A stretch of 64,000 nt of DNA, from contig OX597833.1 in the NCBI GenBank assembly GCA_951406725.2, positions 67,828,001 to 67,892,000 of the forward strand, written 5' to 3'. This DNA is from Octopus vulgaris (taxonomy: Eukaryota). The notes beneath the pieces were generated by a model. That model was not told the origin of the DNA and ran no database searches. It was given only the letters and a program-made list of their open reading frames with translations. Shown here piece by piece: positions 38,968-50,962 of this stretch. The position numbers and the translations under genes were made by a program. How positions within the stretch are numbered: the first letter of the stretch is position 1; each line of letters begins with the position of its first letter.

Positions 38968-39440
38968 GCTATATATATATATATATGTGTGTGCGTATGT
39001 ATGTATATGTGTATATGTATATGTGTATATGTATGTATGTGTATGTATCTGTATGTATGTATCTGTATGTATGTATGTATCTGTATGTATGTATAAATAT
39101 ATGTGTATGTATATATGTGTATGTATGTATGTATAAATATGTGTATGTATGTATATATGTGTATGTATGTATATATATGTATGTATATATGTGTATTTAT
39201 ATATATATGTGTATGTATGTATATATGTGTATGTATGTATGTATATATATGTATGTATATATGTGTATGTATGTATATATGTGTATGTATATATATATAT
39301 ATGTGTATGTATATATATATGTGTATGTATGTATGTATATATGTGTATGTATGTATATGTATGTATGTATGTATGTGTATGTATGTATGTATGTATGTAT
39401 GTATGTATATACAAGCACATGTGTGTACACACACACACAC
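38968..39440. repeat. Long (TATG)/(TA)/(TG) compound microsatellite
   Basis: Directly visible; source of many spurious ORFs. Confidence 0.95.
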
Positions 39441-40369
39441 ACGTGCGTATATAAGTGCATCTGTGTTGGCGTATATAATTGTATCTGTGTTGATGTGTTC
39501 CGTTGCAATGGCAGCTAAGAGGGCTGGGTGAACGATATATGTCAATGATGTTTCATACACTTGCCGCAAGGAGAAGAAGCGATTAAAGAATCTCTCTCCG
39601 CACACACACGTACGCACATAATAAAAATTTCAAATATTATACAAATATACACACACATATGCATGCATATAATAAACATTTCAGATATTTCTACACACAC
39701 ATATATATATATATATATGTGCATATGTATGTATATCTATATATATACACACATATACATATGTACATGTGAAGTTACACATGTGTAAAATAAATATTGT
39801 GTGAACACATACACACGTCTCTATATGTGTGTTTTATAGCTCTACAGCTTTCAAGAACTACTGAAAATTCTGGAGATTCCTGTATAAGATTGTCTTGTTT
39901 GAAAATGAAGGCCTACCTACATAACCATGAATAATTATTATGCTATATATCTACACAAAAAAAACCCCACACACATACCTGAGTGTGTAAAAAAATGATG
40001 ATATGCTCTCTCGTCTTTTCGTCTTTTAATCATGAACGCCGAAGGGTTCTCTCGAGTTCTTATCGTCCTCATTGAACTTGAATGCAAAGGAAGTCGTGTA
40101 TTGTGGAGCCTGCTCCAAATGTAAGAAGCTTTGAACTACAGGTTCGATTCCTTTCACTGTCTTTTATAGAGTCACAGCTTACGTGTCGCCCACTTCACTC
40201 GCACGTGACAAAAACGCTACATGAATAGTTTGTATCCATATCCTAACTACTTCGTTTGTCTTGATATATAAAATTTGTGCACCACTTCAAACATTATTAT
40301 TGTACATGTTTCAGCCATTGTACTGTGGTCATCCTAAAGTACCACTTCGGAAGGGAAGTTGGACAAATT

Positions 40370-40775
40370 GATAGATAGATATCTCTATCTATCTATCTCT
40401 ATCTATCTCTATCTATCTATCTCTATCTTTATCTGTCTGTCTCTGTCTGTCTGTCTGTCTGTCTGTCTCTGTCTGTCTGTCTGTGTCTGTCTGTCTGTGT
40501 CTGTCTGTCTGTGTCTGTCTGTCTGTGTCTGTCTGTCTGTGTCTGTCTGTTTCTGTCTGTCTGTCTGTCTCTGTCTGTTTCTGTCTGTCTGTCTCTGTCT
40601 GTCTCTCTGTCTGTCTGCATTTATCTTTATCTATAGATCTATCTATCTATTTTTATAGATCTCTCTATCTATCTATTTTTATAGATCTCTCTATCTATCT
40701 ATTTTTATAGATCTCTCTATCTATCTATTTTTATAGATCTATCTATCTATCTTCATCTATAGATCTATCTATCTG
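40370..40775. repeat. (TCTA)/(TCTG) microsatellite and ~26-bp TATAGATCTCTCTATCTATCTATTTT tandem units
   Basis: Directly visible. Confidence 0.9.
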
Positions 40776-41572
40776 TCCGTCTAGTTACATCTCCATCCGT
40801 GTATATGTATGTGTATATGTTTCCATCTGTATGTCTCTACCTCATTATTTATCTCTCTCTCTCTCTCTTTCTCTCTCTCACTCTGTCTATGAATGTATTC
40901 ATGTACATACACACACACACAAATGTATGTATGCATAATGTATCTTCACCGTTAAAATATGAACCAACATGATGTTCCCATCCAAAAACGTTATAATTTG
41001 TTTTAGTGTGTTTTGCTTCTTCAGATCGCATTCAGTGAATCCATCGTAATCGCTGAGCAGAACAGAACAATATCACTTATGACAAAAGACACGTATACAA
41101 TGTCATGTGATGTGATACCACATGAACATGTTGTACTCGAGAGGTTGGGTTGACATTAGGAAAATATAAATAATTAATGACAGAAAAAAAACATGAACAT
41201 CGTCCATGTCACATTCGGGTCAAAGATTGCAAAAGAGATAGAGCAGATGATAATAATAATAATAATAATAATAATAATAGAAGGGATTAGGATAAAGAAT
41301 TGTAGTGTGCAGGAGGAATAAAGAGTTAATTGAATGTTGGGAAGAATAGATGTAAAATACACAGCATTCATTATTAAAGAGAGTTCAGAAGAACGGATAT
41401 GTCGCATAAATGATCCGAGATTCTTGGCTTGAAAATTAGGTTCTAATGTTAATAGATTCAATGCTTTGAAGGTATTCAGTGGGTAATGTGTTAATGTGTT
41501 GTTGTATAAGGAAGATATTTCTTGAAAGAGGAGTAAGCATTTGATGTGCACACGGGCGCGTGCGTATATACG

Positions 41573-41943
41573 GGCGCAGGCGTGGCTGTGTGGTAAGAAA
41601 CTTCGTCCCCAACAATATGGTGCGACGTGGCAACAGGGGCGAGTGTCTTCTATGTAGCCCCGGACCGATCAATAACTTGTAAGTAGATATTATAGACGGA
41701 AACTGAATGTGTGTGTGTATGTGTCTGTTTCCGTCCACCGCTTGACAAGCCGTGCTAGTGTGTTTACGTCTGTGTAATCTAGCGGTTCGCCAAAAAAATC
41801 GATACAAAAAGTATCAGGCTTCAGAAAATTAGTACTAGGGTGGATATAGTCAAATAAAAATTCAAAGTGCTGCCCCAGCTTGGCCGCAGTCTGAAATTTG
41901 GGGAAGTGGAAAAACCCAGAACTGAAACTAGTAAAAGATAAAA
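41573..41943 (+). mobile_element. Diverged family A SINE
   Basis: GGCGCAGGCGTGGCTGTGTGGTAAG head through CCCCAGCTTGGCCGCAGTC...CTGAAACTAGTAAAAG tail. Confidence 0.8.
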
Positions 41944-42239
41944 ACGTGTATATATACATATATACACGTTCAGTTAACTTTGAAAATAATTTTGAAAAGT
42001 TGGAAGAATTTATGAAATCAATGTCTTTCCTTGAGTTGCTAGTTTTTCAACATAGCAATATGTGTGTGTACGGACAATCTATCGATATGATCAATGAAAT
42101 TACAAAAGGTAAGAAGTGTTGATTTTACAATCATAGAACCTAACAAGGTCTCAAACGAATTGTTAATAAAAATCGCTTAAAGAATCCCCCGTATTCCTTC
42201 CAGCACAAACAATATTTTACTTTTTATGCCTCAATGCAT

Positions 42240-42420
42240 GGCGTTTTAGCAGAATCCTTAAAACATCGGACAAAATCGCTTTGCGATGTTTACTTCAGAC
42301 AGTTCAAGTTTTCAGTTCAAATAACGCCGAGTTCAATTTTCGCTTTTATCCTTCCAAGGTCAATGAAATACCAGTAAGGTCAGAGGTATCGAGAAATATC
42401 TGGTTTCGAAATTACCGGCT
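42240..42420 (+). mobile_element. Old family B SINE
   Basis: GCAGAATCCTTA...GTTCAAATAACGCCGAGTTCAATTTTCGCTTTTATCCTTCCAAGGTCAATGAAATACCAG. Confidence 0.6.
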
Positions 42421-43095
42421 TTCTAAAACCTTCATTCAGGACTTGTAACGTTGTGTTCTGTCCTTCACTTCCAGTAGATTAAGAATAACACGACTTTTAA
42501 AAACGAAGACTAGAAACTAAATACGCTACTATCTATCTTGTATAAACAGAGTGAGATCAAAAATAAATAAAACTTGTAAATGTCAAACTTTCCGTGAGGA
42601 CAGAGAGCAGTCGTTTTGAATTATAGGTAGATTTAAATTACATTTTCTATTTTCTTTAACGCTACACATGGTTTCTGGCTATCTGCAATGTACGGGAGTA
42701 ATACGATACTTTGTTTCTATTGAGCGTTTTTCGTCGAGGAAAGGAGAAGAAAGTTCTGGGTTTTTCCACTTCCCAAGATTCCTGGTCAAAGAATGTATAC
42801 ATGTGTAAGCGTGTATGTGCGTATATTTATGTGTATGTGTATATATATAAGCAGTTAAAGTAGTAATTATGCTTAAGAAATACTATAAGGAAGTAGTTTT
42901 CAACGTCTGTCTGTCAGTCAATACCTCTATGTATGCATATATTCAAAGACTGGTACATACATACACACACTCGTGTGTGTGTGTGTATAAATACATTGGC
43001 ATGTGTATACATGTATATACCCATTCGTATGTGTGTGCATATATATAGTTATACATCTGTATATGTGTGCGTGTATGTATATATATGTATGTATG

Positions 43096-43285
43096 GCCTT
43101 CGCCATGATAGATCGCTAGCCACTACACATTCTTTATTTTCTCTCCTTGATTCTTTCTGTGTTCCGTTCTGAGGAAGAGCGTAGGCTAGAACCGTTAAAG
43201 ACTTTTTCACTTTCCGAGCGTTATACTAATTTGTTGTCTACACCACCTGTCTTCGTCTTTTGTTTTTTTTTGTGAATTTTCCCCC

Positions 43286-43286
<1 letters not shown>
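43096..43286 (+). mobile_element. Minimal-HHR element (Penelope pLTR-like)
   Basis: CGTT-CTGAGGA-A-GAGC-GTAG-GCTA-GAACCGTT-AAAG; same flanks as the 24.3 and 24.6 kb copies; ends at (TA)n. Confidence 0.6.
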
Positions 43287-43327
<41 letters not shown>

Positions 43328-43426
43328 ATCAATATAGGGTGGCAAAAAAATTTTGTAGAATTCTTTTGCCTCCAGCGGCCCAGTGGGAAAAAAATTAAAT
43401 AGTCATAAACCATTTTTACGTTCAAC

Positions 43427-43649
43427 ATCACAATCAAGGAACGGCCATAATAGGCCATTCACCCACTAGAAATAACAGCCAAAAGCTTTAACCGCAAAAT
43501 AACATTAATACCGTAAACCAGGAGAAAATTGAAAAACTTAAAAGTTTTTCAATTTTCTCCTGGTTTACGGTATTAATGTTATTTTGCGGTTAAAGCTTTT
43601 GGCTGTTATTTCTAGTGGGTGAATGGCCTATTATGGCCGTTCCTTGATT

Positions 43650-43654
<5 letters not shown>
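43427..43654. repeat. Perfect palindrome, 113-bp arms, 2-nt spacer
   Basis: 43427-43539 is the exact reverse complement of 43542-43654, checked base by base. Confidence 0.97.
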
Positions 43655-43697
<43 letters not shown>

Positions 43698-43781
43698 TAA
43701 GGGTAGAAATTGATATTTATCAATTAAAACCAGTGGTCTAGCATATTAAATAAGAATCCGAAGATTAAAATATTTATATAT

Positions 43782-43983
43782 ACCAATTAAGGACTGAACA
43801 CGAAAAGTGGACAGTCAACATGCTAGATATAGACGTCAAATCGCCATTCTCCACAAAAAGATTATGTTCTCAAATCAAACGAATGAGTTTGATTTGAGAA
43901 CATAATCTTTTTGTGGAGAATGGCGATTTGACGTCTATATCTAGCATGTTGACTGTCCACTTTTCGTGTTCAGTCCTTAATTG

Positions 43984-43985
<2 letters not shown>
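43782..43985. repeat. Perfect palindrome, 99-bp arms, 6-nt spacer GAATGA
   Basis: 43782-43880 is the reverse complement of 43887-43985. Confidence 0.95.
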
Positions 43986-44028
<43 letters not shown>

Positions 44029-44219
44029 CACATACACACACATGTACACGGACAAAAAGTATGCTTATGTATACATTTACATATTCATTCATTTGTATTC
44101 ATATGCATACATTTATGCAATACCTCCATGTGTGATATATATATATATATGCATACACCCACGTTCATATGTACTTATATATATGCATATATCTACATGC
44201 GTATGTTTGTGTGTGTGCG

Positions 44220-44252
<33 letters not shown>

Positions 44253-45059
44253 ATGTTAGAAAGTGAGAGAGAATGAGATAAGCAAAGATACGAAACTTGA
44301 GGCTATATCAATACTCTATTACAATTTTATTTTCCTTCGTCTTTACAAAAACACTAACTTTCAACTCACTAATGGATATTAGACACACCGGAAATGTTGT
44401 CTAGAATGAAAAGTTCTTTCGACTGTAAAAATATCTATTTAAGCTGTATGTTTCTCCTCAGAGGTTTTACTATTTTACATATTATGCTACATTGAGTCAA
44501 TACAAACTTTAAAACTACCGCATCGACCAAACTAAACTAAAATAAAATAAAATAAAATAAAATAATAAAATATAATAAAATAATAATAAAGAGTGGGTGT
44601 AGAGAGAAAGAAAAGCTTATATTTACAAACAACATATAATTAGAATTTACCTAAGATATATATTAATAATAAAAATAATGCTAGTGTAGAATTTTATCTC
44701 ATTTTATTTTAATTCTAACATGAAGAAAAAACATATAGCCCAATGATATATGAACGAATTTGGTGCGGGTTCCAAGACTTTATTTAGCAATTATTAAGAA
44801 CGAAAACATCTGAGGTGTTTACTGTTTTCCAACGTGAACTAGATTATAATTATCGTATTATTTATTTCACCGTGGGCGGGAGGACTTGAACAAATATCAA
44901 ATCTATTTTACAAGTGTTAATTTTATCGTACGGTTGTTGTAATCCGACATTTTGAGGCAGACATCACTAGTGATGATTTTATTTTCCATTGCTAACATAT
45001 TCCAGAGGACATATTTTTTTTAGCAGACAGTAGACGATTCAGTGTAGACGCCTAGAATT

Positions 45060-45430
<371 letters not shown>

Positions 45431-45983
45431 CCTACATCCATCGAATTCTCCATCTACCTCTCTTCCTACCTGTCTGTCTAGATTTCTTCATTTAGTTTGT
45501 ATAAAAATGCTATCCAACAACATAAATGGCGTGCCTACACGCGCAGGAGTGGCTCTGTGCTTAAGAAGTTTACCTCTCAAAATTCTGATCTTGGGTTCAT
45601 TCCCATAGTATAGCAGATTTGGCAACTGTCTTCAATATTGACCCTGGGACGACAAAAATTTTGACCTCAGAGCGTAAAGCCGGAACAAATACCTCTAAGC
45701 GTTTCCTCCGACGGGTTAACCACTTCTCGCAGTGTGCTGTCTTAATATAATTATATTGACCTAAAATCGAAACATCGTCAATAACAGCAACAACGAACAA
45801 ATAGAGCAGCAAGATGCTGCTTAATGAGCGAAACTAATTTAATTAAAGATGCAGAACTTGTATTCCTCAAGGGAGTGCCCCGACGCTGGTAAGGGCGGAA
45901 GTGATGATCTATGTAAGGACATTGTTTATGAGGTTGGGGGCAGTTTGGGCGGGGTTAAATTATGAACTTGATAATGAGGTAGA

Positions 45984-46257
45984 CGTTGGTAGACGAGAAG
46001 CGTCTACTACAGCGGCTAGGACTACTAGATCACGGAATTTCACCTTGCTATGGGCTCGTCAGTGACAGATATCCAGCTGCGCGATAACAGCCGAATCTCC
46101 CATCAGCGATTTGTAGAATATCAATGGCTATTCAGGTAGTGATGTGGGGAATAGCCATGGGCTCAGCAATTTTGATGGGGAAGGTACTGCATATTATGAA
46201 CACCGAAAGGATGAACGGCAAAGTTGGCCTAAATAGAATTTGAACTCAGAACGTAAA
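45984..46257 (-). repeat. 274-bp direct repeat, copy 1 (contains an HHR and part of a family B SINE)
   Basis: Collinear with 47158-47431 at a constant offset of 1174; substitutions only, as far as seen by eye. Confidence 0.95.
46012..46080 (-). ncRNA. Type I hammerhead ribozyme motif, copy 1
   Basis: Minus strand GCUGG-AUA-UCUGUCA-CUGACGA-GCC-CAUAGCAA-GGU-GAAA-UU-CCGU-GA-UC^UAGUAGU-C-CUAGC. Predicted cut between 46028 and 46027. Confidence 0.6.
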
Positions 46258-46432
46258 AGTGAAGTTGAGCATAACAACTGTGATGATGATGATGATGATA
46301 GTTGCTGTGGTGTTTCGGGTGGTAATGTGGATAATGCTGATCGTGATGATGACGGCGATGATTGCGGGAAGATGTTAGGAATAAAGTAAGACGCGGAGGA
46401 GCAGAATAACGATCTGTGTGATGTTGATAATC

Positions 46433-46853
46433 TGGCGAGCTGGTAGAATCGTTAGCACGCCGGGCGAAAGACTTAGCGGTATTTCGTCTACCGCATACGT
46501 TCTGAGTTCAAATTCCGCCGAGGTCGACTTTGCCTTTCATCCTTTCGGGGTCGATTAAATCAAGTACCAGTTACGTACTGGGGTCGATGTAATCGGCTTA
46601 ATCCGTTTGTCTGTCCTTGTTTGTCCTCTTTGTGTTTAGCCCCTTGTGGGTAGTAAAGAAATACAAATAGGTATTTCGTCTGCCGCTGCGTTCTGAGTTC
46701 AAATTCCGCTGAGGTCGACTTTGCCTTTCATCCTTTCGGGGTCGATTAAATAAGTACCAGTTACGCACTGGAGTCGATATAATCGGCTTAATCCGTTTGT
46801 CTGTCCTTCTTTGTCCTCTCTGTGTTTAGCCCCTTGTGGGTAGTAAAGAAATA
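46433..46853 (+). mobile_element. Family B SINE followed by a tandem 5'-truncated second copy
   Basis: Two consecutive GGTATTTCGTCT...CCCCTTGTGGGTAGTAAAGAAATA units. Confidence 0.92.
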
Positions 46854-47157
46854 GATAATGAAGTGTTCACGAAGATTATGATCGCGGAGAAGAGCGAGAT
46901 GTTGAGCAAGCTGATGACAACGACAAGGAAGAAAGTTTTAATTCATGGTGTTGATATTGATGAGAATTGTATCCCAACAATGATCCTGTTGGGAATATAT
47001 AGGGAAAAAAAGCAGGGATAAAATACTTCTTTCTAAAAAGCAATCTTGATCTCTAACTTAATGTAGATGTAGTTTTAGAACACAAAATCCTGCGTTATTT
47101 GTCTTGAGAAGACCTCTGATATGGACTTGTGCTGCATAAAAGAACTCTTCGTTGTCT

Positions 47158-47431
47158 CGTTGGTAGACGAGAAGCGTCTGCTACAGCGGCTAGGTCTACT
47201 AGATCACGGAATTTCACCTTGCTATTGGCTCGTCAGTGACAGATATCCAACAGCGCGATAACAGCCGAATCTCCCATCAGCGATTTGTAGAATATCAATG
47301 GCTATTCAGGTACTGGTGTGAGGAATAGCCATGGGCTCAGCAATTTTGATGGGGAAGGTACTGCATTTTATCAACCCCGAAAGAATGAACGGCAAAGTTG
47401 GCCGGAATAGAATTTGAACTCAGAACGTAAA
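47158..47431 (-). repeat. 274-bp direct repeat, copy 2
   Basis: Matches copy 1. Here the family B SINE portion continues to its head at about 47497. Confidence 0.95.
47186..47254 (-). ncRNA. Type I hammerhead ribozyme motif, copy 2
   Basis: GUUGG-AUA-UCUGUCA-CUGACGA-GCC-AAUAGCAA-GGU-GAAA-UU-CCGU-GA-UC^UAGUAGA-C-CUAGC. Stem I has 6 of 7 pairs. Predicted cut between 47202 and 47201. Confidence 0.62.
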
Positions 47432-47699
47432 TTGCTGGATGAGATGCTGCTAAGCAATTTTGTCAGACACGCTACCGATTTTGCCAGCTCACCGCTTTAA
47501 GAAAGAATTAAAAAAAAAATGAACGTGATGATATTAATGGCGTCCATGAACATGGTGTTTTCGGTTTTCCTTTTGTTGTCCGATTTTTCGTCTTGTTGCT
47601 GTAGAAGAATCTTCACATAGCAACGCACTCACATATACTATCACACACACACACACACACACAGTAACACACACTCTCTCTCTCCCGCTCTCTCTCACA

Positions 47700-47830
47700 C
47701 ATGCACACACACAGGTAGATATACACACATGTATACACGTACATATACATGCGTACATACGTATACACACGCACACAGGCGTACGTATATACATGCAGAG
47801 ACGTCCATATACACGCACACACACGCTTAC

Positions 47831-47867
<37 letters not shown>

Positions 47868-48175
47868 CTCTGTCTCACATACAAACACAGGTAGATATAC
47901 ACACACATGTATATACGTACATATACATGCGTACATACGTATATATATACGCACACAGGCGTACATATATACATGCAGAGACGTCCATATACACGCACAC
48001 ACACGCTTACATATATATATATACACACACACACTCTCTCTCTGTCTCTCTCTGTCTCACATACAAACACAGGTAGATATACACACACTTGTATACACGT
48101 ACATATACATGCGTACATACGTATATATACGCACACAAGCGTACGTATATACATGCAGAGACGTTCATATACACG

Positions 48176-48185
<10 letters not shown>
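47700..48185. repeat. Three tandem ~180-bp microsatellite-derived units
   Basis: ACACAGGTAGATATACACAC...ACATGCAGAGACGT.CATATACACGCAC occurs three times. Confidence 0.9.
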
Positions 48186-48208
<23 letters not shown>

Positions 48209-48575
48209 CATGCTGTTTGCGTGTGTTGCTGTTTATTTGATCTGCTCACTTCTAGCCGCCGTTAAACAACCTTTGATATCATCCTCCTTCTTCTGAGTTG
48301 CTGTTATTATAGGTTTATACACTTGAGAACAGTTTGGGGTAAAACACAAACATACAACAACACTTCTGTCGTTGTAGCGTGCCATTCAACCTTTACATCT
48401 TTAGACTCCTCCATTTTCACAAAACCGCTCTCTCCATCTTCTTCTCAAACTCGTCTTCTTTCTCCTGTCCTTTTACACACACCACACACACACAAACACA
48501 CACCACACACACAAACACACACCACACACACACCACACACAAACACACACACCACACACAAACACACACCACACA

Positions 48576-48654
<79 letters not shown>

Positions 48655-49651
48655 ATTTGTGTGTCTGTGGCTTATCGTCTGCTTCACTCAAATCTCCCTA
48701 TTACTTTCCCCTACGTCATTCTTCTCTATTTGCAGGCATATTTACGCACACATACGTATACACATATATACTTACATACATACACATGCATGTATATTTA
48801 CGCACATATACGTATACACATATATACTTACATACATACTTACATACATACACATGCATGTATATTTACGCACACATACGTATACATATATATACTTACA
48901 TACACACATACACATGCATGTATATTTCGTTATCGTCTGTTTTTCTTCATTCCCCTCTCCTCACTCTTACACTTCCTCCCACTCTTTCTTTGTTCAAGCA
49001 TCTTTTTGCTATCGTCTGCTTTTCTTCATTTACACACACCTCTCTATTTCCCGCACTTTTTACCCTCACTCTCTCGCACTCTCTCTATTTCTCTCTATAC
49101 ATTTTCTACAGCATCTGCTTTTATCTATGTATCGAACTCTTATATTTAATCTTTCTATATCTCTCCATTTCTTTCTCCGCTCCGCACTCTATTCCCTCCT
49201 AACTTTCACATTTTCGCCATATTTTCCTCTCTTTCTCATTCTTCATATTTCTTTGTCTCTCCCCATTTACTATATCTTACCATTCTCTCTCCCTCTTTCC
49301 CTCTCCTCATCTCATCTACTGCATCTTTTCTATCATTGTCCTTCTCTTCGATTCCTCTCATATTCCGCCTTTTCATCTCGATCTCTCCTCCCCCCTCTCT
49401 CTCTCTCTCTAACTACCATTTTCTCTTTGTTTCTTTGCTTCACATTTGTTTATTTTCTTTTAATCTTGTCTCAGAAATCTTTCAAAACAACATATCTAAA
49501 GGCTGACTCTGCACTCAACAAATACGTCTACCCTATCATAAATAACCGCACACACGTGCACAGATACACAAGGACTTCTCCACACATGGGTGCACATATG
49601 TGTCACTAACAGGCATTCTAACATATACCTATATATATATGTGTATGTATA

Positions 49652-49722
<71 letters not shown>

Positions 49723-49798
49723 GTGCATATACATACACATATATACAGTTATCGAAGCTGAGTTAGTTTTAAATTCCTACAGCTTATACTTACATTCT

Positions 49799-49887
<89 letters not shown>

Positions 49888-50614
49888 TTTATAATTTATA
49901 AATTTAACCTTAAAAGGTATTTTTTGATACTATATATATATAATTTCTGCTTTACTGTTTCCACTGCAAAGAAATCGCTTTTAACTTTTTGCGTCTCCAA
50001 AGCGTATTTATATATATATGTGTGTGTGTGCGCGTGTGCAATGTATTGAGTACACACGCTTGTTCCCTCATAATTCACTGTTCATCCTGAAAAGTGTACT
50101 ATTCACCGTGCGATAATGAAAGATTCCACGGTTTGCAGCGTGAAAAAAACCCCCCAGAAAACTGTAACGCTTACCAAAGAGAAAAAAGCAGCGTAATTAA
50201 TTTGATACTATAAGAAAGAAACAGTTTTATTTTCAGATCTTCGCATCTGTTATAATCTTTCTCTCTCCAAACTTGGATCTGGCAGACAACCACCGACTAA
50301 TTTCGAGGTATTTGAAGCATAGTTTCAGCACAGATATATTTATATCCGTTGTTTCGTTTCTTCTTTTTTCGTTACATAACGCTAAGACATGTAAACAAAC
50401 GAATTCCTGCCTTACTCCGTTTCCACTGCAAACATATCGCTTTTAACTCTTTGCCTCTCCAAAGCGTATTCATAAGCCTGTCCGAAACGTTCATTCTTGT
50501 TTACAGACTTTTAGTTCGTCCTTGTTTCATATGTTCTCAGTTGAATAAATCTTTCCTTTCATAAGTCCTGAGTTTCTGACGTGATTGATAAGAAGTGGGT
50601 ATGTATATCACGTA

Positions 50615-50962
50615 TCTCTCTCTATATATATAAACGGCAAAATGTCTGTGTGCGTGTCCTTTATACAAATCCACAATTTTTCAGTTAGAGGGCTCGCACT
50701 TTCTATGGTCACTCAAAACCGTCCAAGGGTGGTCGTGCACATCTTTACATTTCCCCAGTCACCTGGCAAAGCCATTAAAAAATCAATAGAAGTGACTTTT
50801 TTGTGAATTTTCTATCCAAAACCCAATCAAAATGCCCGAAACTTGATACGCCAATTGAATGCCAGCTAGCTGTATGTGATTGGTTGGAGATTTGGACAGT
50901 ACTCGCGTGTATGTGCGCACCCACGCAGCTGTATATGCATGCACTAGCATTACTAGTGCTAG
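50615..50962 (+). mobile_element. Non-autonomous Helitron (second family)
   Basis: 5' A|TCTCTCTCTATATATATAAACGGC; 3' hairpin GCACTAG-CATTA-CTAGTGC overlapping the terminal CTAG|T. Confidence 0.65.

Noticed and set aside
38883-39617. YI/HT/VC-rich ORFs here and at about 2.9, 19, 32, 36, 47.5, 52 and 63 kb
   Set aside because: Translations of dinucleotide microsatellites.
48323-49609. 428-aa ORF, the longest in the track
   Set aside because: Runs through (CA)n, TA/CA minisatellite and CT-rich tracts that are poor in stop codons; low-complexity translation with no domain.
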